Shown piece by piece: positions 37,175-47,380 of a DNA stretch of 64,000 nt. The notes beneath the pieces were generated by a model. That model searched no databases and was not told the origin of the DNA. It saw only the letters and a list, made by a program, of their open reading frames with translations. Source of the DNA: a virus. Taxonomy: Duplodnaviria > Caudoviricetes. A program made the translations under genes and the position numbers. How positions within the stretch are numbered: position 1 is the stretch's first letter; every line of letters begins with the position of its first letter. The DNA lies in IMG/VR virus record IMGVR_UViG_3300042904_000368, positions 804 to 64,803 of that record. One strand, 5' to 3'.

Positions 37175-37333
37175 ATGCTAGACCTCATTATTCTAATTCT
37201 CGTGCTGGCCTGGCTTGGTGGGTGGCTAGGATTTGGCGGCTTTGGTATGGGTGGACTGATCCACCTGCTAATTGTGATTGCGGTGGTCGTGCTGGCTTAC
37301 CGCATCGTCACTGGCAAGCGCGGTCCGCTGTGA
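37175..37333 (+). CDS. lmo0937-family (DUF5670) small membrane protein (not in ORF track)
   Basis: MLDLIILILVLAWLGGWLGFGGFGMGGLIHLLIVIAVVVLAYRIVTGKRGPL. Confidence 0.8.
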   Translation: MLDLIILILVLAWLGGWLGFGGFGMGGLIHLLIVIAVVVLAYRIVTGKRGPL

Positions 37334-37713
37334 GCGACCTCCTTCTAGCCCAGATCGTGACGATGGTGGGCACGCTGGGAACCGCCCTCATTACCGGCCT
37401 GGTTGCAATCCAGGTTGTGAAGCTGAACATCAAGGCAGCCCAGGCGAACGCCAAGGTGGATGTCGTCGCGGAGAAGACCGAAGAGGTTCGAACTACCCTC
37501 GCTCACACCCAGGGCATCAATGCCGAGAGGCTGGACAGCATTCACAAGCTCGTTAACAGCCACATGCGCGAACAGCTTCGGATTAACGCGGACGCACTAG
37601 CCGACCTGGCAGCAGCAACCGGAACCGTGACCGACGAAGCACGCGCGACGGCTTCAAAGAAGCTGCTTAATGACCACGACGCGGCGCAGAAAGCTTCGGA
37701 AGAAGCGTCGTGA
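37330..37713 (+). CDS. Holin-like protein
   Basis: N-terminal TM, IHKLVNSHM motif, GTGA-coupled. Confidence 0.6.
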   Translation: MSDLLLAQIVTMVGTLGTALITGLVAIQVVKLNIKAAQANAKVDVVAEKTEEVRTTLAHTQGINAERLDSIHKLVNSHMREQLRINADALADLAAATGTVTDEARATASKKLLNDHDAAQKASEEAS

Positions 37714-37813
37714 TCGACCCCAACGCGGCCCTCTGCGCCCTTCTACTCGCCGCCTTGGGCCTGGGCCTGGTGATTGCTGTTTGCGTGGTGGCGGATGCGA
37801 GGCGGAGACGGAA

Positions 37814-38260
37814 ATGAGTGACCAGAACACCGCGCCGCCGATTACGGACACGCCGCCTAGTCAGCAGAAGGTTAGCTGGGCGGCTGCCGTTTCTTTCGGC
37901 CTAGGCCTGCTCGCTATCGCCCCGGAAGCGGCCCAACATCTTCTCCCTTTCGTCGCCGAGAAGGATCGCCCGCGTGTTCTCGCGTTCGCGGCCCTTTGCA
38001 GCCTGCTGGCGGGGCAGTTGCTCAACCGGAAGGCTACGAGTAACCTGGCAGGCTACACGCTGCCCCTTGCGCCTCGGATGGCGCAGGCGGAGCGCAAAGC
38101 CGTGGCTGCGGAAGTCAAAGCGGAGCAAGTGGCCGAGAACCTGGCGCAGAAGGAAAGTGGGCTCACCGCTGACCTCATCGCGAGGGGAACGGGAAACGCA
38201 CCGCCGCCTTCAACCCCCGGCCCTGGCTTGGGAACGCAGTTGAGAGAGATTGACGGATGA
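37814..38260 (+). CDS. Putative two-TM holin
   Basis: Two hydrophobic segments, directly upstream of the endolysin. Confidence 0.55.
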   Translation: MSDQNTAPPITDTPPSQQKVSWAAAVSFGLGLLAIAPEAAQHLLPFVAEKDRPRVLAFAALCSLLAGQLLNRKATSNLAGYTLPLAPRMAQAERKAVAAEVKAEQVAENLAQKESGLTADLIARGTGNAPPPSTPGPGLGTQLREIDG

Positions 38261-39033
38261 GCAGCATTGGCAGATATACGGGCCGCGCGACCGGGGGAAA
38301 CCCCGGTTTTCCTTTGCTTGTCCGCAATGGCCGTATCCCGCAAAGCTTGCTCCGTCGCCTGGAAACGCAACCGCAGATGCCTGAAGGCGAGCGGTGGCTG
38401 TTCAGCGATGCTGCTATCGGCCTGGATGCCATGGTGCGGGCGGCTGCTCTCGATGGCGTAACGATTGAACTATTGGAAGCCTACCGCACCTATGCCCGGC
38501 AGGTCTACTTCTGGAACCTCTATCAATCCGGCAAGGGGAACCTCGCAGCGCAGCCTGGCACCTCGAACCATGGGTGGGCCGTGGCGATTGACGTCAAACG
38601 GAAGAACAACCCGAAGGCTTTGCCATGGATGCGCCTCCACGCCGACGAATACGGCTGGGACCTTCCCGACCAGTTAGGCAAGAAAGAGCCATGGCATTGG
38701 CAGTGGATACGCGGCTTCAAGCTAGAGGCTGCACTACCCAAGCCCAAGCCAACCCCGGTCTACATCCATGGCGAGTTGGTCCCCGGCGCGTTCCATTCCA
38801 AGAAGGGCGACTCCAACATCCTCTTCCTGCGCCCGGTGGTCGAAGAGTTGGGCTGGGATGTGCTGACGGCTGAAGGGGCGACTGTTCACCTGGAGCACGA
38901 CGACACAGAGCGGAAGTTGACCCTGGAACTGCACAAAGCTGCCGATGGACGTGCTATCTCCCCTGCCCGCGACCTCTGCGCCAAGTTAGGCGTGGAGTGC
39001 GAGTGGCGGGATGGAGCAGTGAGGATCGGTTGA
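38257..39033 (+). CDS. Endolysin: peptidase M15 (VanY-like) with C-terminal copper-amine-oxidase-N-like domain
   Basis: AYRTYARQ, AAQPGTSNHGWAVAID, EPWHW; LRPVVEELG / RDLCAKLG.ECEW repeats. Confidence 0.9.
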   Translation: MSSIGRYTGRATGGNPGFPLLVRNGRIPQSLLRRLETQPQMPEGERWLFSDAAIGLDAMVRAAALDGVTIELLEAYRTYARQVYFWNLYQSGKGNLAAQPGTSNHGWAVAIDVKRKNNPKALPWMRLHADEYGWDLPDQLGKKEPWHWQWIRGFKLEAALPKPKPTPVYIHGELVPGAFHSKKGDSNILFLRPVVEELGWDVLTAEGATVHLEHDDTERKLTLELHKAADGRAISPARDLCAKLGVECEWRDGAVRIG

Positions 39034-39269
39034 TGAGCAAAGAGTGGCGCGAGGGGCTGTCCCTCCTCCTGGTGTTCGGCTGCATCCTCTTCCTGCTGCC
39101 CTTCCTCTGCGTGGCCTTACCGTGGGTCGCAGTATGGGCGGCCAGGGAAGGAATGCTGGCTCAAGCATTCATCTTGGGGTTGGCCTCTCTCTGGTTTTGG
39201 TATGCCACCGCGCGCCTGGCTCTGATGCTGAAGGACGCGCTGACCCAGAAGGCGATTGACCGCGCCTAA
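39033..39269 (+). CDS. Small membrane protein
   Basis: Two TM segments. Confidence 0.55.
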   Translation: MSKEWREGLSLLLVFGCILFLLPFLCVALPWVAVWAAREGMLAQAFILGLASLWFWYATARLALMLKDALTQKAIDRA

Positions 39270-39325
39270 CCGCGACATCCTGGCGGGAGCGGGGTTGGGG
39301 CGGGTGGTGTTGGTGAGAGAAGATC

Positions 39326-39955
39326 ATGGATCTGAAGAGACCCCTTCCGCCCGCAGACCTGTCGAGCGAACTGCGTTACCCAGAGGGTTTTGATCCTGCG
39401 CCCGATGTCGAGGAGTGGCTGCGAAAGAGCTTCATCGAAGACGGTGGGCCGCTACACAACCCAGACCACTCCCATCTTTCCCTTGCCAGCATCGGCATCC
39501 TGTGGACGAACGCACCGAACTCCAAGCAGATGCGGGGAGTAGCGGGAACGGCAGAGCAGCCGTCAATTCAGGGCGGAAAGTGGTTGCGCGCGCGGATGGA
39601 GTTGCAGCTAGCCGAATGGTTCGGTGACGTGCCCGACTTCCTGATTACGCTCGACGCGGTATACGCCGCGCAGGTGCCAGATGCGACCTTCTGCGCCCTG
39701 GTTGAACACGAGCTTTACCACTGCGCCCAGCGATTAGATGAGTTCGGAAGTCCCCGGTTCACCAGGGAAGGCAAGCCGGTTCTAGCTATTCGCGGCCACG
39801 ATGCGGAAGAGTTTGTGGGCGTGGTGCGACGGTATGGCGTCGGAGCCGCAGCAGGCGGAGTGGCGGAGTTGGTGAAGGCGGCGAATGAAGTTCCCTCGGT
39901 GGCTCGCGCAGCTATCTCCCTGGCTTGCGGGACGTGTGCCCGGGTGGTGGTTTAG
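39326..39955 (+). CDS. Putative phage metallopeptidase
   Basis: LHNPDHSHL, ALVEHELYH, HDAEEFVGVVRRYG. Confidence 0.85.
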   Translation: MDLKRPLPPADLSSELRYPEGFDPAPDVEEWLRKSFIEDGGPLHNPDHSHLSLASIGILWTNAPNSKQMRGVAGTAEQPSIQGGKWLRARMELQLAEWFGDVPDFLITLDAVYAAQVPDATFCALVEHELYHCAQRLDEFGSPRFTREGKPVLAIRGHDAEEFVGVVRRYGVGAAAGGVAELVKAANEVPSVARAAISLACGTCARVVV

Positions 39956-39972
39956 GTTTACCTTGGTTTACG

Positions 39973-40503
39973 ATGGCACAGCTAACTGACGCGCAGAAAA
40001 CCTTCGTTGTGGTGCGTCTGGCGTGCTTTGACCAGCCTTCCGAAGTGGTGGAGGCGGTAAACCAAGATTTCGGTGTTCAGTTACCGCGCCAGCAGGTGAT
40101 GAAATACGATCCGACCACCAAGTCAGGCGAGAACCTTTCCGCTGAACTGAAAGAGCTTTTCCACTCCACCCGCGAACGCTTCCTGTCCAACGTGCAGGAA
40201 ATCCCCATCGCCAACCAGGCGTACCGGCTGCGAGAGTTGCAGAAGCTCTACCAGACGGCACCCAAGGCCAACGCGCACCTGCGAGCCAACCTGCTTGAAC
40301 AGGCCGCTAAAGAATCGGGCGGCGCGTTTACCAATAAGGTGCAAGTCTTTCAGCAGTTGGCGCGGGACGTAGAAAAGTTGTCGGATGCAGACCTACTCGC
40401 CCGGATTGTCGGAGGCGGAGCTCCTCCAGCGGTTCTACCGGGCGGAAGCCCTACGCCGGGGCTGGTCGTTGCCAACGGTAACGGTAAGCACTCGGGCCAG
40501 TGA
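39973..40503 (+). CDS. terS: Terminase small subunit (DUF2280-like)
   Basis: LACFD.PSEV...YDPT...IPIANQAYRL...LLEQAAKESGGAFTN. Confidence 0.85.
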   Translation: MAQLTDAQKTFVVVRLACFDQPSEVVEAVNQDFGVQLPRQQVMKYDPTTKSGENLSAELKELFHSTRERFLSNVQEIPIANQAYRLRELQKLYQTAPKANAHLRANLLEQAAKESGGAFTNKVQVFQQLARDVEKLSDADLLARIVGGGAPPAVLPGGSPTPGLVVANGNGKHSGQ

Positions 40504-42046
40504 GCCGAGTCACGAACGCGCCAAGCAAAAAGCCCTCCGTTCTTTTGCTCACTTCCTCAAGCATCACGTTCACATCGCGGACGGCGGCGGCACGAAAATG
40601 GAGCCGTGGTCTTGGCAGGTGGACCTGGCGGCCCGTCTCCCTGGCATTCAGCGGCTCGTAATCCTGAAGGGTCGCCAGCTTGGCGTTTCCTGGCTGGTCG
40701 CTGCTTATGCAGTGTGGAAGGCGCTACGGGATCGCGGTTCACTGATCTTGCTGGTGTCCCAGACGGAAGACGATGCCATAGAGCTTCTGGGGAAGGCGCA
40801 ATGCGTCTATGACCATCTGCCAGCCTTCCTGAAGCGACCGGATGAAATCTCAAAGGTTCGGAGCCTCGCGTTCAAGGAGCATCGTTCGGCAATCGTCGCC
40901 CTTCCATCCACGCGGAGAGCCGGTCGTGGTCGCACCGCGCGGTTGGTAATTGCCGACGAGCACGCGCTGCATCAGTGGGCGGAAGCGAACTTCGCGGCTC
41001 TGTCCCCCACGGTAGATGCGCCGGGCGGGCAGTTCATCTCTGTTTCTACCGCTGACGGCATCGGGAACACCTTCGCGGATTTGTGGGCCAAAGGCACGGA
41101 AAAGACCGGCGTCGTTTTGCCGAGGCGTGAGGGCAACACCTGGCGCGTGCGGCGAGAGTTGCGGAAGGTAAACCCGCCGCAAGATGGGTGGGTGCCACTG
41201 TTCCTGCCCTATGACGTGCGGCCTGGTCGGGATGCTGGCTGGTGGGAACGCAAGCGCGAGGCGAACCCTCGCCCCAAGCTGCACTTCCAAGAGTATCCCC
41301 GCGATGCCGAGGAAGCCTTCGTTCAAACGGGGCGACCGGTGTTCGATAAGGACTACCTGGAGAAGCACAAACTTTGCTTTGAGGAGCCGCTGTCAAAAGC
41401 TGAGTGGCCGGAAGAGTTCGCTCGCTGGAAGCCCGCGGAACTGAAGGTCTTCGCCTTGCCCGACCCCTCTCATCGCTACGTAGCAGGTGCGGACGTGGCT
41501 GAGGGGCTGGAACATGGGGACTATTCCGCCTTGACCATCCTCGATACTGACGACCCCTCTGGCACCCCCGCCGAGGTGTTGACCCTGCACGGCCACTGGC
41601 CTGCGGATGTGTTCGCCGAGATGGTGAAGACGGTTTCGGATGTTTACCCCGGCACTTATGGCATCGAGCGCAACAACCACGGTTTAGCGGTGCTGGTGAC
41701 GGTGAAGCGGCTGCGAATGAAGGGTGTCTATACCGAGCGGCCTGTTTTGAATAAGGCAGGGCAAGAGATCGAGCCGGGGCGGCCCGGATGGTTGACTACT
41801 GCCACGACGAAACCCCTGCTCATTGACGATCTGGAAGAAGCTCTGCGGAACTTCAAAATCCGCCTCCGCGATGCAAGCAACCTCACAGAACTGACCTTCT
41901 ACCAAACGCTCGCCAACGGCTCCACCTCGGCTCCAGCCGGTCGTTGGGATGATCGCGTGATGGCCTTGGGGATTGCCTGCCAGATGATTAAACGAGCCAG
42001 GAAAGCCCCGCAGTTCTTCGGGTCTTGGGGAAGGGGTGGCGCGTGA
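40385..42046 (+). CDS. terL: Terminase large subunit
   Basis: LKGRQLGVS (Walker A), VIADE (Walker B), QEYP, GADVAEG..GDYS, ERNNHG, DDRVMA. Confidence 0.95.
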   Translation: MQTYSPGLSEAELLQRFYRAEALRRGWSLPTVTVSTRASEPSHERAKQKALRSFAHFLKHHVHIADGGGTKMEPWSWQVDLAARLPGIQRLVILKGRQLGVSWLVAAYAVWKALRDRGSLILLVSQTEDDAIELLGKAQCVYDHLPAFLKRPDEISKVRSLAFKEHRSAIVALPSTRRAGRGRTARLVIADEHALHQWAEANFAALSPTVDAPGGQFISVSTADGIGNTFADLWAKGTEKTGVVLPRREGNTWRVRRELRKVNPPQDGWVPLFLPYDVRPGRDAGWWERKREANPRPKLHFQEYPRDAEEAFVQTGRPVFDKDYLEKHKLCFEEPLSKAEWPEEFARWKPAELKVFALPDPSHRYVAGADVAEGLEHGDYSALTILDTDDPSGTPAEVLTLHGHWPADVFAEMVKTVSDVYPGTYGIERNNHGLAVLVTVKRLRMKGVYTERPVLNKAGQEIEPGRPGWLTTATTKPLLIDDLEEALRNFKIRLRDASNLTELTFYQTLANGSTSAPAGRWDDRVMALGIACQMIKRARKAPQFFGSWGRGGA

Positions 42047-43518
42047 GTTTGGCAGGCGTTCTGGAATGGGCAGGGTTGCGCAGGAGACCAGCGGAGGCCG
42101 TGCGCGCGCCTGCAACGAACCCTCGCACCACCGTCACCACCCAGGCACGCCCCACCTACACCACGCGCCTCACTGGTAACGCGGTCCTGCCGCGCGAAAC
42201 CAGCTTCACGCTCCTTCGTCAGTTCCATCGCTCTGTCCCGGTAATGGGGCGGGCGATTGACATTCTGGCCGGGTTCGTTGGGTATCCAAGTATCAAGTCG
42301 GAGAATGAGCAGCTAAAAGCCGAGACGGATGCCTGGATGCGGACGGTGAGCTTTGGGAATGTCGGGACGGGGTTAGGCCCGTGGGTGAAAGATCATTTAG
42401 GGCAGGCGCTGCTCTACGGCTACGGCGTCGGCGAGATGGTGCCGACTTCTGGGCGGAACGACGTGGAGCGGCTGTGGTCGTACCTCTCGCCCCCTTTCGC
42501 GTTTAAGACGGACGCCGAGGGCGCGTTCCAGATCGTGCAGAGCCAGGGCATGGCGCGAGAAGTCGCCCTGGACCCGGTAACGAGTCTGCTCACGGTCCCC
42601 TTCTCTGAAGGCTGCAACCCCAACGGCCAATCCCTCTTCTTTTCGTCCCTCACTTTCTGTCAGGCATGGATGGACATCGCTCACGCCTACCGCGCCATGT
42701 GGAAGCGCAGCGGCATCCCCACCTACCACATCAACTGGCAACCGCCGCAAACACTCGATGATCCGGACGGCGTGATTGCCGGCAGCATTGCCGCCGCGAT
42801 GGCCGAGAGTTGGAACAAAGCGATCAAATCTCAGGTGGTTGACGGGGTGGCGGAGGACTTCTTCTCGGTAGGCCCCGCGACGGTAACGGTGATCGGAGCC
42901 GATGGGGCGATCATCGACATCACGATTAGCAAAAGGGCTGTGGTGGAGGAGATCGTGGCCGCTACTGGCATTCCCGCTTGGATGTTGGGCTACTCGTGGT
43001 CAACCACGGAAAGACTATCCACTCAGCAGGCGGATATGTTACTCGCGACCGTAGACAACCTGCGGCGGGCAGTATCCCCCGCAATTGAGAAGATTTTGCG
43101 CACCCGCAACCTGCTCGCGTTGCGTGACGGGGAGTGGGAGCTGGACTGGCCGGATGTGAACCTGCAAGACCGCCTTCAGACCGCGAACGCAGACCTGGCG
43201 GATGCCAGAGCGGATGAAACGCGGGAAAAGGTAGCGTTCAAGTTGTGGCAGACCGGCGTGTATGACCAAGGGTTATATGCTGAAGCGGTGACGGGTTCGC
43301 CCGAAGTGAAGACTACGATGCTAGAGCCGCCCGCAGTGGCCGTAGCGGGGTCGCAGGATGCGCCTGGTGGCGAGGATGACCCAGAGGACGGCGAGGAGAA
43401 CGTGGGCGCTAACAGCCTTTCCGAGCAACTGAAGTGGGAACTTACTCTTCCCCCTCTGCGCGAGATGCTGCCGGAGTATGAGGGGCGCTTTGTTGCTGGG
43501 TGTAACGGGAAGCACTGA
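42043..43518 (+). CDS. Portal protein
   Basis: Position after TerL, size, LLYGYG.GE, TGIPAWMLG. Confidence 0.85.
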   Translation: MSLAGVLEWAGLRRRPAEAVRAPATNPRTTVTTQARPTYTTRLTGNAVLPRETSFTLLRQFHRSVPVMGRAIDILAGFVGYPSIKSENEQLKAETDAWMRTVSFGNVGTGLGPWVKDHLGQALLYGYGVGEMVPTSGRNDVERLWSYLSPPFAFKTDAEGAFQIVQSQGMAREVALDPVTSLLTVPFSEGCNPNGQSLFFSSLTFCQAWMDIAHAYRAMWKRSGIPTYHINWQPPQTLDDPDGVIAGSIAAAMAESWNKAIKSQVVDGVAEDFFSVGPATVTVIGADGAIIDITISKRAVVEEIVAATGIPAWMLGYSWSTTERLSTQQADMLLATVDNLRRAVSPAIEKILRTRNLLALRDGEWELDWPDVNLQDRLQTANADLADARADETREKVAFKLWQTGVYDQGLYAEAVTGSPEVKTTMLEPPAVAVAGSQDAPGGEDDPEDGEENVGANSLSEQLKWELTLPPLREMLPEYEGRFVAGCNGKH

Positions 43519-43718
43519 TGGTAAAAACTTCCACTTATGAACTGAACGGTTACCGTGTCTTTCGGCAGGAATACACGGGGCCTTGGGAGCCTCGGCCTTA
43601 CTTTGGCTTGACCAGGGAAGAATTCGAGCGGACCATATCAGCCATTGCCGAAGCAGCTAAAGAGCCGGAATTTCGAGACACTGATGCCTCCGACTCGCCT
43701 CAAACTCGGCGCAGATGA
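43518..43718 (+). CDS. Small hypothetical protein
   Basis: TGATG-coupled ORF. Confidence 0.45.
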   Translation: MVKTSTYELNGYRVFRQEYTGPWEPRPYFGLTREEFERTISAIAEAAKEPEFRDTDASDSPQTRRR

Positions 43719-44490
43719 CCCCGCCAGCCTTTTCCCCGCGGAAGCACCGCAGTACCAATCACTTTCCCGCGCGGTAGGTACTGCTTGGGCGGCGGCAAGG
43801 CAAGCGTGGTTTGAATTACGCGAGGATTGGTTTGAGATTGCTAACCTCGCGGACCCTGCCAAGCGAGAGTCAGCCCCGCTCACCGCTTCCCAAAAACGTG
43901 CTTTGGATACCGCAACCAGCCGCTTCCTGCAACAGATGGCCGGTGAAAACCGCACCCTGGCGGGGTTCGTTAATCAAAACGATGAGGACGGCGTTATCCA
44001 GCAATCCCTCTATCTGGCGAACCGCGTCGGCCACGGGCGGGCGGTGGATGAGACGGGGCATATCCCGCGCAATCCGGCTTTGAGCGAAGCTCAGAGGGAA
44101 CGCCTGGCGCGAGAGTCGTTTCAGCGGTTGAGCAAAGACGGGCGGTTGCGGTTTGAGGGTAGATTGGAAGCGATCCAGTCCAGACTCCTAGAAGGCTTCC
44201 GCACAGGGGAGAACCCGCTTTCGATTGCCCGCGCACTCTCCCGTTCTCTGGACCTGGAAGCGAGCAGAACCCGCACCCTCGTTCGTACCGAGATGGGGAT
44301 AGCGGCTATTGGCGGGCAACTCGATCTGTATCGGGAAGCGGGGATTAGCCGAGTGGAGATCATCGGTGATACGGGGACGGACGCGCTCTGCACGGGGCAT
44401 ATCGGGAAGATTTACCTGTTGGGGCAGGTGGATAGTATCCCGCCTTACCATCCGAATTGTTTCTGCGATACCAGCCCTGTCTCCGAATAG
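43684..44490 (+). CDS. Head morphogenesis protein (SPP1 gp7 / Mu F-like)
   Basis: RTLVRTE, C..H.GK, PPYHPNCFC. Confidence 0.9.
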   Translation: MPPTRLKLGADDPASLFPAEAPQYQSLSRAVGTAWAAARQAWFELREDWFEIANLADPAKRESAPLTASQKRALDTATSRFLQQMAGENRTLAGFVNQNDEDGVIQQSLYLANRVGHGRAVDETGHIPRNPALSEAQRERLARESFQRLSKDGRLRFEGRLEAIQSRLLEGFRTGENPLSIARALSRSLDLEASRTRTLVRTEMGIAAIGGQLDLYREAGISRVEIIGDTGTDALCTGHIGKIYLLGQVDSIPPYHPNCFCDTSPVSE

Positions 44491-44519
44491 CCCGCACCTG
44501 CAAAAGTAAAGCACTCCCA

Positions 44520-44543
44520 CCCGCCAATTAGGGCGGGCTTTTT
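44520..44543 (+). terminator. Intrinsic terminator
   Basis: CCCGCC/GGCGGG followed by T-tract. Confidence 0.6.
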
Positions 44544-44544
44544 A

Positions 44545-45415
44545 ATGCCTAGAAGCCTGATGAACCCTAACCACCCGATAAAGCACAAGGCCGTCCGTAT
44601 CGTGAGCAACGGCGAGTTGCGGGGCACGCGCATCTATCTGCCCAACGGCACGGAAATCTCTGACTTGGTGAACGGGGTGAAGTGGGAGTTGGGCCGGGAC
44701 GGCATCGCAACTGCTTCCCTTCAATTAGTCGCTGCCACGTTGGAAGCGACTCCCTGGCCCGGAGAGGCAGAGAAGCAATGACCACCACACCTTCCTCCAC
44801 CGTTGTTCTCACCTGCCCCTGCGGACAGACCACCCTTGCGCCAGCAGGCCAGAAGAAATACGTGTGCGCTCACTGTGGGCGGAAGATCGTTGCAGAGAGC
44901 CGCGAAGCCGTGAAGGGGCAGAAGTGATGGGCTGGATCGGAAGTCGGGAACCAGTTGCAGGACCACCGCCGACGCAACCCGCTTCCATTTGGAATGTAGC
45001 TATTCCGGTATCTGCAATGGGCCGAAACGTAATCCCGCCACCACCTCCAGCGCGAACTCCAGAGCCTTACGCGGCATGGGCACGACGAGAGGCGGAGTGT
45101 GAGATTGAGGCACTGCTGGCAGGTGAAGACTACACGCCGCCCACCCCCACCGAGGAAGACCGTATTCCGACGTATCGCGGCGGGATGATTGGCGGCTTTG
45201 CCCGTTCAGCTTCCCGTCCTGATCCATTTGAAGACACCCAGCCTGACGGCGGGTGTCAGCCGTTCCGGCCAATGATACGTTCGGATCGCGCCGAGGAACT
45301 GAATTGCGAGTGGGATGCCAAGGCCCAGGAGTGGGTTTGCGACGATCCAGCAATTATTCGACCTGGCAAGCCCAATCCCGCCGACCGACCACAGCAGCCC
45401 GGAGGGTGGAGTTAA
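44545..45415 (+). other. Three small inserted ORFs (44545-44781, 44778-44927 Zn ribbon, 44927-45415 Pro-rich)
   Basis: Coupled ORFs between head morphogenesis and protease genes. Confidence 0.55.
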
Positions 45416-45419
45416 CCTG

Positions 45420-46856
45420 ATGCATATCCGAGTGCGAGAGTTTGGCGGCATTCGCGCCGTAGCGGTGGCGGAGACGGGGCCGGGCGACCTGGCGCTGATT
45501 AACAACGCCTACGCCCTGACGCCCCTGGAAGCCGCTGACATCCACGTACGACAAGCCAGAGTGGCGCACAACCAGCACGACCGCACGCTAGAGCGGTTCC
45601 CCAAGGCGATGCTGGAGCGGTTCGCAGAGACGCTCCCTGGCAAGTCTCTCCTCCCCGGCCATGACAAATCCGCCCTCCCTCTGGGCCGTTGGTTTCGCGC
45701 TGATACTCGCACGCGCACCGAAGACTTCCCGGTGCTGCAAACCGCCAAGAGCGAGGGAGCCGAGATCGTCCCCGGTTTCTCGACCAAAGCCCAGCGCGTG
45801 ACGTGGCTGGAAGCAGCGTTCTACTTTGCCGCCGACCAATCCACCGAGGGGACGCGAAAGAATATCGACAGCGGCGTCTATCAGGACGTCTCCATCGGCT
45901 TCAAATATGACGATCTGGACTGCGACGTTTGCCGTAAGTCCTACCTGCGCTCGGATTGTCCCCACTTCATCGGGCAACGGCTGGAAGACAAGGCCGTTCT
46001 GGTCACTGCGACCTATTCCGGCGATCCCAAAGCCTACGAGGCGCAGGAAACATCCATCGTCTACCTGGGGGCGCAACAGCAGGCCGAACTGGTGAAGCAG
46101 TTACGCACCGGCACGCTGGACCCGCAGGCGCTCTCGCAAACGGCCTGGGGCACCGATCTGGTGCAGCTCAAGGGCTATGAGGCTCTGGCTCGCGTCTACG
46201 GCCATCAGCAGAAGGCGTGGGCGTTCCCCGGCCTGAAGGGGGTTGCTGTCGGTACCCCCGCCCAACTTCCCGGCGCTCTTGCGCTGGAACCGCCCCCTGC
46301 CATTGCAGAGGGTAGCGAAGAGGTGCAAACCTCGGACAACGCCCAGGACCCGCCCGTTGGCGACCCTGGCAAGGCTGCGATAGAGGCAAATGCCGAAGTC
46401 GCCAACGGAGTAAATGACATGGCCCTCTTGGAAGAGGCCCGCAAGCGGCTCGGCCTGGCAGATGACGCCGATGAGGCGAAGGTGCTAACCGAAATCGAGG
46501 AAGCCGTCAAGGCGTTCAAGCTGAAGACGGACGCTGAAAAATCCCTCGTTGACGCGGAGAAGGCACTGAGCGAAGCCCGCCCGCTGGCAGAGATTGGCAA
46601 GAAGGCGCTTAAGGGTCTGCTGGATGAGTTCAAGGCCAACCGCGCTCGCCTTGAAAAGTCCGCAACCGAAACTGCGCTCATGGCCGAGATGCTGGAAGAC
46701 AAGGGCGACTACGAGAAGCTGAAGACCCTGGTAGATGAAACGTTTACCGAGGTCTGCAAACGCTTCCCCACCGAGCCGAAGGGCCGGGTGCTGGATGAAG
46801 AGGCGCGAACCGCGCGGCCTTCACGCCAACTTCCCCCGCAAGCGTTCCGCGCCTAA
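45420..46856 (+). CDS. Prohead protease-scaffold fusion
   Basis: PGH, DVSIGF..CDVC..CPH, ETSIVYLGAQ, helical C-terminal scaffold. Confidence 0.8.
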   Translation: MHIRVREFGGIRAVAVAETGPGDLALINNAYALTPLEAADIHVRQARVAHNQHDRTLERFPKAMLERFAETLPGKSLLPGHDKSALPLGRWFRADTRTRTEDFPVLQTAKSEGAEIVPGFSTKAQRVTWLEAAFYFAADQSTEGTRKNIDSGVYQDVSIGFKYDDLDCDVCRKSYLRSDCPHFIGQRLEDKAVLVTATYSGDPKAYEAQETSIVYLGAQQQAELVKQLRTGTLDPQALSQTAWGTDLVQLKGYEALARVYGHQQKAWAFPGLKGVAVGTPAQLPGALALEPPPAIAEGSEEVQTSDNAQDPPVGDPGKAAIEANAEVANGVNDMALLEEARKRLGLADDADEAKVLTEIEEAVKAFKLKTDAEKSLVDAEKALSEARPLAEIGKKALKGLLDEFKANRARLEKSATETALMAEMLEDKGDYEKLKTLVDETFTEVCKRFPTEPKGRVLDEEARTARPSRQLPPQAFRA

Positions 46857-46883
46857 AACACAGGCACACAACCATCCCTTTTC

Positions 46884-46909
46884 AAGCAGCCTTTGCGGGC
46901 TGCTTTTTT
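46884..46909 (+). terminator. Intrinsic terminator
   Basis: AAGCAGCC/GGCTGCTT followed by T-tract. Confidence 0.65.
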
Positions 46910-46929
46910 GATTCTCGGAGATCCCTTTC

Positions 46930-47361
46930 ATGGCGAACCCACGCAACATCGTCGCCTATGACGGTATCCGCAACCCGGCAGATACCGTGACCTACAAGAC
47001 GGATGGCTCCACCATCGTCTACAGCGAGACCGCCGAAAACGGCTCCGCACAGGTCGGCCTGGCAGTCACCCTTTCCGCAGCGGATACGGTGGGGCTGGTC
47101 GGGGACGGGGAATTCGTCCTCGGCAAGTTGATCCTGGTCGAAGCCGACAACAAAGCCACGGTTCAGGTTGGCGGCTACATGACCCTGCCTGCTGGCACGG
47201 CTGCCACCCTCACGCGGGGCAAGGCCATCGTTGGCGACCTGCTGGTTGCTGAAGAGGGCTACATCCGCGAAGTCGCCACCGGCACAGCGGCAGAACTCGG
47301 CGTATGCCGAGGCTTCATTCAGAACGCGGCAGACACGACCGCCGTTATCGTGCGCCTGTAA
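46930..47361 (+). CDS. Capsid decoration/cement protein
   Basis: Position between scaffold and capsid genes; beta-rich. Confidence 0.7.
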   Translation: MANPRNIVAYDGIRNPADTVTYKTDGSTIVYSETAENGSAQVGLAVTLSAADTVGLVGDGEFVLGKLILVEADNKATVQVGGYMTLPAGTAATLTRGKAIVGDLLVAEEGYIREVATGTAAELGVCRGFIQNAADTTAVIVRL

Positions 47362-47380
47362 GGGGCGGGAGACAACGAAC

